This document shows positions 6,442 through 14,968 of a stretch of 18,825 bases of DNA, one piece after another. The stretch lies in assembly GCA_030587475.2 (NCBI GenBank), contig JAUQYZ020000118.1:1-18825 (forward strand), in the 5' to 3' direction. The translations under genes and the position numbers were made by a program. Each line of letters starts with the position of its first letter. Within the stretch, counting starts at the first letter, position 1. The notes below the pieces were generated by a model. The model was not told where the DNA came from. It ran no database searches and worked only from the letters and a program-made list of their open reading frames with translations. Source of the DNA: Candidatus Sigynarchaeum calidifontis (GTDB lineage Archaea > Asgardarchaeota > Lokiarchaeia > Sigyniarchaeales > Sigyniarchaeaceae).

Positions 6442-7380
6442 CTAGATCTGGTGCAACGCTTGGAGAACGATCTTCAGCACGTCGTGGGCATCTTGGAGGT
6501 TCACGGGGATCGACGTCTCGTAAAGAAACGTCTTGATCTCGCGCGCAAGTGGTTCTTCCCGGACGAACGGCGTGATGACGTGTTCGATCGTGCGGGCAGT
6601 CGGCCCCTTGAGGTCCTCGCCCCAGATCTTTCTCGTCACCCCGCTGATGAAGTCGGCCTCGAGCGTGGCGTCGGTGCCCGCCACCCTCAGTTTCCGGTAC
6701 TTGGACGGCGTGATCCAGTTCGCGTTGATGCAGGTGACCATCTTGTTGAACCGGAGGAGAACGAAGATGGCGTCCTCGAATTTACTGGCCGGGCTCAAGT
6801 ATTTAAGGACGCTGGACACTTCGACGACGTTCGCATCACCCGTGGCGGCTTTTGCTATCTCGCGATGTAGATACACGTCATGCACGCCGAGGTCCATCAT
6901 CACGCCGACGGGCCAGTTGCGTTTGGGGAATAGCCCGATCCGCGTCGAGTCGACGGTCATGATCTCGCCGATGGTCTTGATTTCCCTGAGGACATCGTCC
7001 ATCACGGGATTGAAGATCTCCAAGAACCCGGGCATGATGCGGATGGAATCCTTGTACGCGAAAAGCGAGTCCAGGTCGGCAAGCTTCAGCCCGCACGGCT
7101 TTTCGATGAGAAGGTCGCAGCCTTTCTTGGCGCATTCTAACCCGATCCCGGGGATCACCTGGGGAGGGGTCACGATGCTCACGGCATCGATCTTCTCGGC
7201 ATCGAGCATCGACTTCACGTCCGTGTAAGCACGGGCATTGTTCTGCTTGGCGACGTCCTCCGCAACCTTTTTATCCGCGTCGCACACGGCGACGAGTTCT
7301 GAAGCGGCGACAAAGTTTCGCACGTGCGCCCGACCAAACCAACCGCAGCCCACGACCGCCGTTCGTTTCTTGCCAGCCAT
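6442..7380 (-). CDS. Gfo/Idh/MocA family NAD(P)-dependent oxidoreductase (sugar or nucleotide-sugar dehydrogenase-like)
   Basis: AVVGCGWFG Rossmann motif, DAVSIVTP, LIEKP, GVMMDLGVHD, NWITPSK.R, EEPLAREI. Start at MAGKK (7380). Confidence 0.92.
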   Translation of the reverse strand: MAGKKRTAVVGCGWFGRAHVRNFVAASELVAVCDADKKVAEDVAKQNNARAYTDVKSMLDAEKIDAVSIVTPPQVIPGIGLECAKKGCDLLIEKPCGLKLADLDSLFAYKDSIRIMPGFLEIFNPVMDDVLREIKTIGEIMTVDSTRIGLFPKRNWPVGVMMDLGVHDVYLHREIAKAATGDANVVEVSSVLKYLSPASKFEDAIFVLLRFNKMVTCINANWITPSKYRKLRVAGTDATLEADFISGVTRKIWGEDLKGPTARTIEHVITPFVREEPLAREIKTFLYETSIPVNLQDAHDVLKIVLQALHQI

Positions 7381-7537
7381 AGGAAAATCAACCTTTCGCA
7401 ATGAGCCGCTCATGACCACGTTGCTCGGGCGACACTTGCCATTCGGTTTCACGCCAGGGATGCGTTGCGTTTAAGAGTTAACGGGTATTTTAGTGGTTAT
7501 CGCCTCGTCCCATCTCGACGGCTCGCGGGATGCACGC

Positions 7538-8581
7538 ATGGAATTCACCATCGACGAATCGAACTTGATCTCCGATCAGGAATGGACGACGGAAACCATC
7601 GGCAAGGTGCTCGATCTCGCCAAGGACATGAAAGCTAGCCCGCAAAAGTACTACAACGCCCTCGATCGCAAGTCGATCTGCTTGTATTTTTTCAACCCAT
7701 CGCTCCGGACGCGAAACTCGTTCGAGGTCGGTATCAACCAGCTCGGCGGGCACGGCGTGTTCGTCGACTCCAAGACCTCGTGGTTGGGACAGGAATCCGA
7801 GAGCGTGAAGGACACGGCATCGGTCTTGTCGCGGTATTTCGACGTGATCGCGGTGCGCATGTTCCCGAACGTCGTCGATTGGGTCCCGGAAAAATCGAAC
7901 GCGCTGCTGCGGGAGTTTGCCAGGTGGTCGCGCGTGCCGGTGATCAACCTGGAAGATGATTTATTCCACCCGTGCCAGGCCCTCTCCGATGCCTTCACGA
8001 TCAAGGAGGTCGCGGGGAAATTCAAGGGCACGAAAATCACCATCACGTGGGCATACCATCCCAAGCCGCTCCCCATGGCGGTGCCAAACTCGATGCTCTT
8101 GCTCGCGACCCGTCTCGGGATGGACGTGACCTTTACCCGTCCGGACGAGAATTTCGACTTGCCAGACAACATCATGGCGACGGCAAAGGAAAACGCGAGG
8201 CGTTCGGGTGGCAAGTTCTCGATCGCGACCGACATGAAGGATGGCTGCGACGGGGCGGATTTCGTGTACTTGAAATCATGGGGATCCAAGAATTTCTACG
8301 GGGACGCGCGGGGAGAGAAAAAGGTGCGGATGAAATACCGTGGCGACGATGGTACGACGTGGATGCTCACGCCCGACAAGATGGCCGCGGCCAAGCCGAA
8401 TGGCAAGTTCATGCATTGCCTTCCCGTGCGGCGTAACATCGAGGTGGCCGACGAGGTCATCGACGACGAGCATCGGTCGATCGTCTACGACGAGGCAGAA
8501 AATCGCTTGCACGTGCAAAAAGCCATCATGAAGGTATTGGTCGATAATAGCAGCAACAAGGCGAAAAAAGGCAGTGCTTGA
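7538..8581 (+). CDS. argF: N-acyl (acetyl/succinyl)-ornithine carbamoyltransferase, ArgF'-type
   Basis: FFNPSLRT carbamoyl-phosphate motif, HPCQ, the AOTCase/SOTCase proline-rich loop TWAYHPKPLPMAVPNS, YLKSWGS, MHCLPVRRN, EAENRLH. Confidence 0.9.
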   Translation: MEFTIDESNLISDQEWTTETIGKVLDLAKDMKASPQKYYNALDRKSICLYFFNPSLRTRNSFEVGINQLGGHGVFVDSKTSWLGQESESVKDTASVLSRYFDVIAVRMFPNVVDWVPEKSNALLREFARWSRVPVINLEDDLFHPCQALSDAFTIKEVAGKFKGTKITITWAYHPKPLPMAVPNSMLLLATRLGMDVTFTRPDENFDLPDNIMATAKENARRSGGKFSIATDMKDGCDGADFVYLKSWGSKNFYGDARGEKKVRMKYRGDDGTTWMLTPDKMAAAKPNGKFMHCLPVRRNIEVADEVIDDEHRSIVYDEAENRLHVQKAIMKVLVDNSSNKAKKGSA

Positions 8582-8590
8582 TCCTGTTCT

Positions 8591-9154
8591 TCATGCTTCC
8601 CTGCTGCTGAAGAATATCTTGATGAGCTTCCCCCCGGGCACGTCCTCGTCTTGAACGTTCTCCGGCTGGAAATCATACGGGCGAGTGAAGAAACCTTGGA
8701 TGATGGGACCGAGCAATCGCAGGCCTGTTATGATGACTTGGTTCATGACCACGAGCGGCTTGACGAACTGGATCTTGTACTTTTCTATCACGGACTCGAT
8801 GAACTGGATCTCGTCGTTCGTGAACATGTAGTGGAACTTGGCGTTGAAATCAACGTCGGAACGCGTGTTCGGCTCGAGAATCTGGAGCCGTTTCGGGTCG
8901 AAATAGAACATTCGAGAAAACCAGGTCTTGATGACGAAATCCGTGTTTTCCTTGATGCATTTGGCGATCTGATTTGCGCTGTACTTGTGCCACTTGGTTT
9001 TGAAGACCCGGATGTAGGCCGGGTAAGCTTTACGCTTTCTCTTGCACTCGGCAGCCATGCCATTCTTCAAGACGTCGCCAAAGGTCTTGAACTGGGTCGT
9101 CCTGGCGAGGCGGTCGATCATGGCCTTGAAAGGCGGAAGCACTTTTCTAGACAC
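8591..9154 (-). CDS. Hypothetical protein, possible TRAPP Bet3/V4R-like fold
   Basis: 187-aa ORF with host-like codon use filling the gap between argF and acuC. Manual similarity to Bet3 segments (ENTDFVIKTWFSRMFYFDP; LLGPIIQGFF; VQD...GGKLIKIFF). The fold call is inference. Confidence 0.75.
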   Translation of the reverse strand: MSRKVLPPFKAMIDRLARTTQFKTFGDVLKNGMAAECKRKRKAYPAYIRVFKTKWHKYSANQIAKCIKENTDFVIKTWFSRMFYFDPKRLQILEPNTRSDVDFNAKFHYMFTNDEIQFIESVIEKYKIQFVKPLVVMNQVIITGLRLLGPIIQGFFTRPYDFQPENVQDEDVPGGKLIKIFFSSREA

Positions 9155-9278
9155 TGGGAGGGCACGCTACGGTTTGATCGTATCTATATGCCTCCAGTGC
9201 GTTCCATCTTATTAGAATACTCATATCACACCCATGTCATGATTTTTGTCGATCCATCGACGAACCGCTTGATGCACC

Positions 9279-10511
9279 ATGCCTCGCACAGCACTGATAA
9301 TGTCCGACGCGTTCAAGGCTTACAATTTCGGGGAACAGCACCCGCTCAAGCCGGAACGCGTTTTGCTGACCTGGGAACTGATCAAGGGCTTGAAGCTGCA
9401 CGAGCACCCGAATTGCGTCGTCATGGAGCCGCGGATGGCGACTGACGAGGAACTCGAGCTGCTCCACACGAAGGAATACATCGACTTCGTCAAGCGCGTC
9501 GATGCGGCCCTCGATCTAGGTCCTTTATCCGACGACATGGAGATCCAGGGCATGAGGTACAACCTCGGTCCCGGCGACAACCCGGTCTTCCCGAAAATGC
9601 ACCGCGGTAGTGCCATCGTCGTCGGCGCGACGATCGTGGCCATGGAGGCCGTGCACGACGGCGTGGTCGAGAACGCGTTCCAGGCCGGGGGCGGGTTGCA
9701 CCATGCAATGTCAAACAAGGCTTCGGGATTCTGCATCTACAACGACCCGGCCATTGCCATCAAGTATATCTTGAAAAAAAACGCCAGGGAAAACTTGCGC
9801 ATCATGTACATCGACGTGGACGCGCATCATGGTGACGGCGTTCAGGCGGCATTTTACGACGACGACGATAGCGTGTTAACCTTGTCCTTCCACGAATCAG
9901 GCAAGTACTTGTTCCCCGGAACGGGCTTCATGGAGGAGCGCGGCACCGGCGCGCACGAAGGCCTTTCCATCAACGTCCCGCTGCTCCCGTACACTTACGA
10001 CGAGCTTTACCTCGATATTTTCGAGGACATCGTGCCCAAGGCCGCGATCGCGTTCCAGCCGGACATCATCATCAGCCAAAACGGCGTGGACACGCATGGT
10101 ACCGACCCCTTGGCGCAGCTCGGCTTGACCACGAAGGGCCAGCGGGATATCTTCAAGCAAATCCACAAGATCGCGGTCAAGGCTTGCCATGGCAAGCTCG
10201 TGGCGCTTGGCGGTGGCGGCTACAACATCTCCGTCGTGCCGCGGGCGTGGACGATGCTGTTCGCCGACCTCCTTGGCGTCCTCGACACGCTCCCGGAGAA
10301 AATTCCCCCGGAGATCCTCGCCAAGCTTAACGAGGGGCGCAAGACAGACCTTGTCCCAGACACATTTCTCGATGCGGGGCCAGCCGAGGATATCAAGTGG
10401 CGGATAAACGATTTCAAGTTTTTAGACGAATTTGAATTGTACGGCTTGCAGATACGTTACAAGTTCAACGAGGAGATCCTGCCGCTCATCGAGAAAAAAG
10501 CCAGAAAGTAG
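9279..10511 (+). CDS. acuC: AcuC / class I histone-deacetylase-family Zn-dependent deacetylase
   Basis: HPLKPER, GGLHHA, SGFCIYND, YIDVDAHHGDG, SFHESGKYLFPGTG, GVDTHGTDPL and GGGGY are all present. Confidence 0.93.
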   Translation: MPRTALIMSDAFKAYNFGEQHPLKPERVLLTWELIKGLKLHEHPNCVVMEPRMATDEELELLHTKEYIDFVKRVDAALDLGPLSDDMEIQGMRYNLGPGDNPVFPKMHRGSAIVVGATIVAMEAVHDGVVENAFQAGGGLHHAMSNKASGFCIYNDPAIAIKYILKKNARENLRIMYIDVDAHHGDGVQAAFYDDDDSVLTLSFHESGKYLFPGTGFMEERGTGAHEGLSINVPLLPYTYDELYLDIFEDIVPKAAIAFQPDIIISQNGVDTHGTDPLAQLGLTTKGQRDIFKQIHKIAVKACHGKLVALGGGGYNISVVPRAWTMLFADLLGVLDTLPEKIPPEILAKLNEGRKTDLVPDTFLDAGPAEDIKWRINDFKFLDEFELYGLQIRYKFNEEILPLIEKKARK

Positions 10512-10523
10512 GATCCACGTGGA

Positions 10524-10901
10524 TCAATCGCAAAAATCGAGTTTTTTCAAATCTGCAATGTACTTGGCCTTGTCGGCGATCCCGGCCGAGTGCTGGAACA
10601 AGTACCGGTCCTCGATGCGGTCGGTGAACAAGCCGAAGCTGCGGCCATCATCATCGAACAAGAGATTTGCATCCGTGGTGTTTCCGCAGTTGTTACATTT
10701 CCCGGAGACCTTTGTCGACTTGTAATCGATGAGCTTGAACTTCGTCGAGTCCATCTTGTAATTTGCAATGTGTATCTTGAACGGGACCACGACCTCGTCC
10801 TTTCCCTTGATGGTCAGCTCGGGGGCGGTGAATTCTACGATGATGCCTTTCTTGCACTTCTTGCATTCCGGGGCAAGGATATCGGGAATTCGTATCTTCA
10901 T
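10524..10901 (-). CDS. Zinc-ribbon hypothetical protein (two CxxC)
   Basis: CKKC and CNNC separated by about 50 beta-rich residues; ATG at 10901 (alternative GTG at 10910). Confidence 0.75.
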   Translation of the reverse strand: MKIRIPDILAPECKKCKKGIIVEFTAPELTIKGKDEVVVPFKIHIANYKMDSTKFKLIDYKSTKVSGKCNNCGNTTDANLLFDDDGRSFGLFTDRIEDRYLFQHSAGIADKAKYIADLKKLDFCD

Positions 10902-10988
10902 GGGGATCACGCTCTTCGTCGCTTGATCGATGGATCACGGTAAAAACCTTAAGCCTTTCGGATTCGGCCATGTCGAACCAGTAGTTCG

Positions 10989-11480
10989 CTAAGAAGTACC
11001 ACGACGTAAAGTGTTCTCTATAAGCAAGGCTCTCTGCCGATCCTTTTCCCTCGATGACCGCTTGTAGGCGGCTGCTTGTTCTTCCAGCGAGGAAACGGGC
11101 ACGTCGAAATCCCGGACAACGATCCGCCGTGGATTATTCAATCGTTTTGCCAAGGATATCCAGTTTCCCGATTCGAACACCTTCAACTCGCCCATCACTT
11201 CGACGAGAACATTTCCTATCCGAAACTTGCCGAAATACGACTCGAATTCAGCAGTCCTTCCCCACTCTACTGGTTGCATGACGTGCTTCTTGAAGAGTTC
11301 CTGGCACTTGTAGGCACCACTCTTGGTCGTCATGATGTCGATGTCATGAGGAACCACGGGAACGCCTTGCAAGTACAAGCTCAAGCTGCCCACCAGAACC
11401 CATTCCATTCGATTGGCATCCAATTCCTTCTGGACAAGACGCAAAACATCGAGGATTTCCGAACTCACGTTCTCCACCAT
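10989..11480 (-). CDS. Pol-beta superfamily nucleotidyltransferase (aminoglycoside/lincosamide NTase-like)
   Basis: WVLVGSLSLYLQG....HDIDI motif and a third acidic residue in VEVMGE. Start at MVENV (11480); the upstream part of the track ORF is an alternate frame of the next gene. Confidence 0.85.
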   Translation of the reverse strand: MVENVSSEILDVLRLVQKELDANRMEWVLVGSLSLYLQGVPVVPHDIDIMTTKSGAYKCQELFKKHVMQPVEWGRTAEFESYFGKFRIGNVLVEVMGELKVFESGNWISLAKRLNNPRRIVVRDFDVPVSSLEEQAAAYKRSSREKDRQRALLIENTLRRGTS

Positions 11481-11547
11481 GAACCAGGCATGCCAAATGC
11501 GCGTAAAAAGGGTTCTTGCACCGGCCAGCGCGGGATCCTTATTTGTC

Positions 11548-12102
11548 TCACGGGCAATTCCACGCGCGGCGCAGCTGCTGCACGAGCAGCGGGATGTAGG
11601 TGTCGATCCGATCCAGGACCGCCACGTACTTGTCATATTCCGGGATGAGCACGGGATCTTCCACGTCATCGATGGTCCCGTTGGCGGCCTCCGATAGCAA
11701 GAAGGTCTTGTCGCGGTACCGCCGCGGGACGAGCATCTCGATGATCTCCCGCGTCGGCGAGATGATGAAGTCGACGGCTTCGAGCTCGTCCTTGTGCTTG
11801 CGCATGGAGCGCGGTGAAAACTTGTCGACGCGTGCCGCGCTGACACCCGTTTCGAGCAAGCGCTTGGCCGTGAAATCGTGGATGCGCGGGCTGGTCATGA
11901 AGCCCCCGCTCGAGGCGATGACTTTTTTCTTCGGGCAAGGCTTCGCGTCCATCTCGTGCTCGAATTTCATCTCCATGTACGGGGACCGGCAGATGTTGGC
12001 GCCGCACACGAACAGCACGCGGACTTCCTCCTTGTCCTTGAGCGCGCGGGCGAGGGCCTCGAAGGCATCCTTCCGTGAAGGGTCTGGCACGATCTTGCTC
12101 AT
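11548..12102 (-). CDS. Low-molecular-weight protein tyrosine phosphatase / ArsC-like family
   Basis: P-loop VLFVCGANICRSP (CX5R with a second Cys), SSGG, D.I, DVEDP general-acid loop. Confidence 0.9.
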   Translation of the reverse strand: MSKIVPDPSRKDAFEALARALKDKEEVRVLFVCGANICRSPYMEMKFEHEMDAKPCPKKKVIASSGGFMTSPRIHDFTAKRLLETGVSAARVDKFSPRSMRKHKDELEAVDFIISPTREIIEMLVPRRYRDKTFLLSEAANGTIDDVEDPVLIPEYDKYVAVLDRIDTYIPLLVQQLRRAWNCP

Positions 12103-12113
12103 GAACGTTGGTT

Positions 12114-12121
12114 AAAAAAAA
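12114..12121 (-). terminator. Oligo-T tract downstream of the flippase gene
   Basis: A8 on the plus strand = T8 on the minus strand, about 30 nt after the stop at 12152. Confidence 0.4.
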
Positions 12122-12151
12122 GGATGGACGGGAACGCGGGCCGACGATGCC

Positions 12152-14896
12152 CTACATCTTCAGCTTCAACTTGTCGCGCTCGAGCTCCCTTGCCTCTTCC
12201 ATGGCGGCGGGATAGAGGTCCATCGGGAACCGCCCGTGCAGCCTCGGGCTCGCCCGGCAGCCCCATTCCGCGAACTTGTAGAGCGGATAGGCGAGCGTGG
12301 AGATCGGCTTCTTGACCATGGAAGCCGCCTTCTTGAACTCGGCAAGGGTGTTATCATCGTAGAAGCCGAAGAACCCGCACAAGAACGAGTAGAGGTAGAA
12401 GAACAGGAATATCGCCAGGATGAACTCGGCAAGGATGAGCCAGCCCGTGAAGATGAAGGTCAGTGCCCAGAGGATGACGTAGATGATGGCCGACGAGACG
12501 ATCGGCGCCACCCACGAGTTCCAGATGTACAGCTTCGGCTTGCCGACCTTGCGCCTGATGATCGTCCACCCCAGCGACGTCTTGAGGATGAGCATCGGGA
12601 TGTGCGCGTACAAGATGATCATGATGTCTTTTATGAACGTGATGAAGATCGCCAGGAGCAGCATCTTCCCGCCTTGCTCGAGGATCCAGATGGCCGCCGC
12701 CCGGCCCGTGTAACCCGTGCCATTCAGGGCCCGGTCGCTCAGCCACGTCCACGGCTGCCACAAGCTGTACACGAGCATCAGCGGGATGAACCGTGCCGCG
12801 CCGAGCCAGGCATCGCCGGCGAGCAGCTCGATGAACTTGCTCCCGATCGCCGCGAGCAAGACCGTGATGAAGAAGATGACGAGGTTCGACCATTTCATGC
12901 CTTGTGCCAGGGTAAAATCGAGCAAGTGTTGCTTCTTGTGCGCGTGTGCCTCCGATATCGGTGCCAGGAAGCCTTCCGTGAGGAACCCGACGAGCGCCGT
13001 GACCTGCATGAGCATGTTCGCGTACCCGTACAGGCCCATCTCCTCGTTGTAATTCGGGAGGAACGTGCCGAGCAACCAGACCTGGAACATGAGGGCGATG
13101 GGAACCCAGACGTGGCCGATGCATTCCTTGCCGCCGAACACGAGCGCCTCCTTGAACTCGGCTCGCGTGAAATCAACGCGGAAAATTGTCGCGACCGAGA
13201 ATCCGAGTTTCTTGTAAAATCCCATTAAAATAAAGAAATTTCCCCATTCCGCGACGTATTGGCCTACGCAGTACCCGATTCCGCTCCAGAACGCTTCGCC
13301 GTAGGGGTGATCCTTGAACGAGAATCGAAAGATCAGTATGAACGCGTACTGCGACAGCAGCATGATGACCATCTGGTAGAGCAAGTTCCCGAGGTTCTGG
13401 AGATCCGTGCGCTGCATGCCCTGGAATATGTAGACAAATACCAGGAAAAAGCCCGGATATTGGATGAGCGAGTGCAAGATGACCATCCATGAAAGGTGCG
13501 CAAACGTCGATTCCGGGAACACGACGGAGCCGATCAGCGAGATCGAGATGATCTGCACGACGCCCGAAAGGAGCTGCCACCACACGAAGATCTGAACGTA
13601 GTGCACCGCTTTCTGGGGCTGCTTGACCCGGTATTGCGCGAAATACTTGGCGAGGGCGATGGATGTGCCGACATCGAACGCCATCCAGATGGCCTGGAAA
13701 AATTGCTTGATCCAGTCGAACCACCCGGCGACTTGCGGGAACGGCATGATCCACCGGGGGAATATCACGCCCGTGAGCACGATCTGGGGTATACCGAGGA
13801 TGATCCCGGCGAAAAGGCCGAACAAAAACCCGCTGATCTGCCGGTGCGTGCCTATTTGCTCCCACGAGTCCGAGAGATCCGCGTGCTCGGGTTCCCCGGC
13901 TCCCTCGCCCTTGACCTTGGTGATCTCGGCCATCGCCTTCTCGCTCAGCACGATCTGGCTTCGCCTCGATCGGTAGCGCTGGTAGAAGAAGAGAACGAAC
14001 GCGAAGATGCCGAGGCTGCACACGAGGATCCCGATCCAGAGCGTGTCGCCTGCGTGCGGAACGGGGGAATACGCCCATTTCGCGAAGCTCGGTATCGTGG
14101 CGGGGTTGCTGGTGAAGAGATAGCTCGTCACGAGGTAGATCATGTAGTTGAAGTAGGGCCAGAGCTCGACCTGGTAGTTGTTGCCCCCGGGTACCACCCA
14201 CGGCGTGAACAGCACCAGCTTCCCGCCGCTCCCCGGGGGATCGAGCTGCAAGAGAAAGGGGATGGTGCTATCGTTGGCCGCGCTAAGCAGCACGGTCGTG
14301 GACACGTTGATGTTCTTGATGATGGTATGGTTGCGGATGGACGGGGCGGATGACCATTGCACGTTGCGCACGATCGGGTGGTTTTCTTGCCCGGTCGTGT
14401 AATTGATGCCGACCGTGCCAGGCTTCGGGATGTTGCTGCTAGCCAACGTCGCGGTGATGTTCAGCGCGAGCAGCAGCCCCGCCATGTTCGCGCTTCCCGG
14501 CCCGAAGATGACGAAGATGTTCCCGCCCGCCGCGTAGTACGAGGAAAGGTTCGCGATCTCGCCGGCGTTCAAGCCGTAGTTCGAGATCACGACCGCTTTG
14601 AAGTCGCTGCTGTTGAGGAACGACGCGTTGAATGGAATGTTTTTCGACACGCTGAACGCCGGGTCGAGGCGCAGTGCTTTTTCCACTTGCGAGTTTGGAT
14701 CCCCGGAGAGAAACAATATCTTGGATGGAGTACCAGATTGGCCCGAGTGTATCGTCCCACCAGTCGAGCCAGTGGTTTGCACTTGGATCGCCGAAGTACA
14801 CAAGCAAACGAGCGAGACCGCGACGACACCGAGAACCAGCCCCGCGGAAAACCTTTTCTTTCGAGTATCGAGTTTCTTGCCGGCCATGATGTCCAT
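12152..14896 (-). CDS. MOP-superfamily (MATE/Wzx/polysaccharide flippase-like) transporter fused to an N-terminal extracellular domain
   Basis: Signal/TM at the N-terminus, an about 200-aa sequon-rich alpha/beta domain with SYYAAGGNIFVI (GATase1-like pattern), one TM, then about 14 TMs with FDVGTSIALAKYFAQY and FLAPISEA flippase-type segments. Confidence 0.8.
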   Translation of the reverse strand: MDIMAGKKLDTRKKRFSAGLVLGVVAVSLVCLCTSAIQVQTTGSTGGTIHSGQSGTPSKILFLSGDPNSQVEKALRLDPAFSVSKNIPFNASFLNSSDFKAVVISNYGLNAGEIANLSSYYAAGGNIFVIFGPGSANMAGLLLALNITATLASSNIPKPGTVGINYTTGQENHPIVRNVQWSSAPSIRNHTIIKNINVSTTVLLSAANDSTIPFLLQLDPPGSGGKLVLFTPWVVPGGNNYQVELWPYFNYMIYLVTSYLFTSNPATIPSFAKWAYSPVPHAGDTLWIGILVCSLGIFAFVLFFYQRYRSRRSQIVLSEKAMAEITKVKGEGAGEPEHADLSDSWEQIGTHRQISGFLFGLFAGIILGIPQIVLTGVIFPRWIMPFPQVAGWFDWIKQFFQAIWMAFDVGTSIALAKYFAQYRVKQPQKAVHYVQIFVWWQLLSGVVQIISISLIGSVVFPESTFAHLSWMVILHSLIQYPGFFLVFVYIFQGMQRTDLQNLGNLLYQMVIMLLSQYAFILIFRFSFKDHPYGEAFWSGIGYCVGQYVAEWGNFFILMGFYKKLGFSVATIFRVDFTRAEFKEALVFGGKECIGHVWVPIALMFQVWLLGTFLPNYNEEMGLYGYANMLMQVTALVGFLTEGFLAPISEAHAHKKQHLLDFTLAQGMKWSNLVIFFITVLLAAIGSKFIELLAGDAWLGAARFIPLMLVYSLWQPWTWLSDRALNGTGYTGRAAAIWILEQGGKMLLLAIFITFIKDIMIILYAHIPMLILKTSLGWTIIRRKVGKPKLYIWNSWVAPIVSSAIIYVILWALTFIFTGWLILAEFILAIFLFFYLYSFLCGFFGFYDDNTLAEFKKAASMVKKPISTLAYPLYKFAEWGCRASPRLHGRFPMDLYPAAMEEARELERDKLKLKM

Positions 14897-14968
14897 CCGG
14901 CACGTCCCTATATTTAGCTTTCATTCGCCGGCGTGGGTGCCCGGATTTCTCCGATAAGGGGGACGTTT

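Noticed and set aside
10524-11480. Nucleotidyltransferase plus downstream gene as an MNT-HEPN or AbiE toxin-antitoxin pair
   Set aside because: The downstream protein has no RX4-6H HEPN motif and has its own promoter-like element; the NTase lacks the AbiEii GGT..R.S.D signature.
11481-11846. N-terminal extension of the nucleotidyltransferase ORF (apparent fusion or overlap with LMW-PTP)
   Set aside because: Alternate-frame read of the phosphatase gene, S/R-rich; no slippery site seen.
12236-14917. Numerous long alternate-frame ORFs over the flippase (and likewise over mcm and MFS)
   Set aside because: Expected stop-codon scarcity in GC3-rich genes; the translations are R/G/A/P-rich with no motifs.
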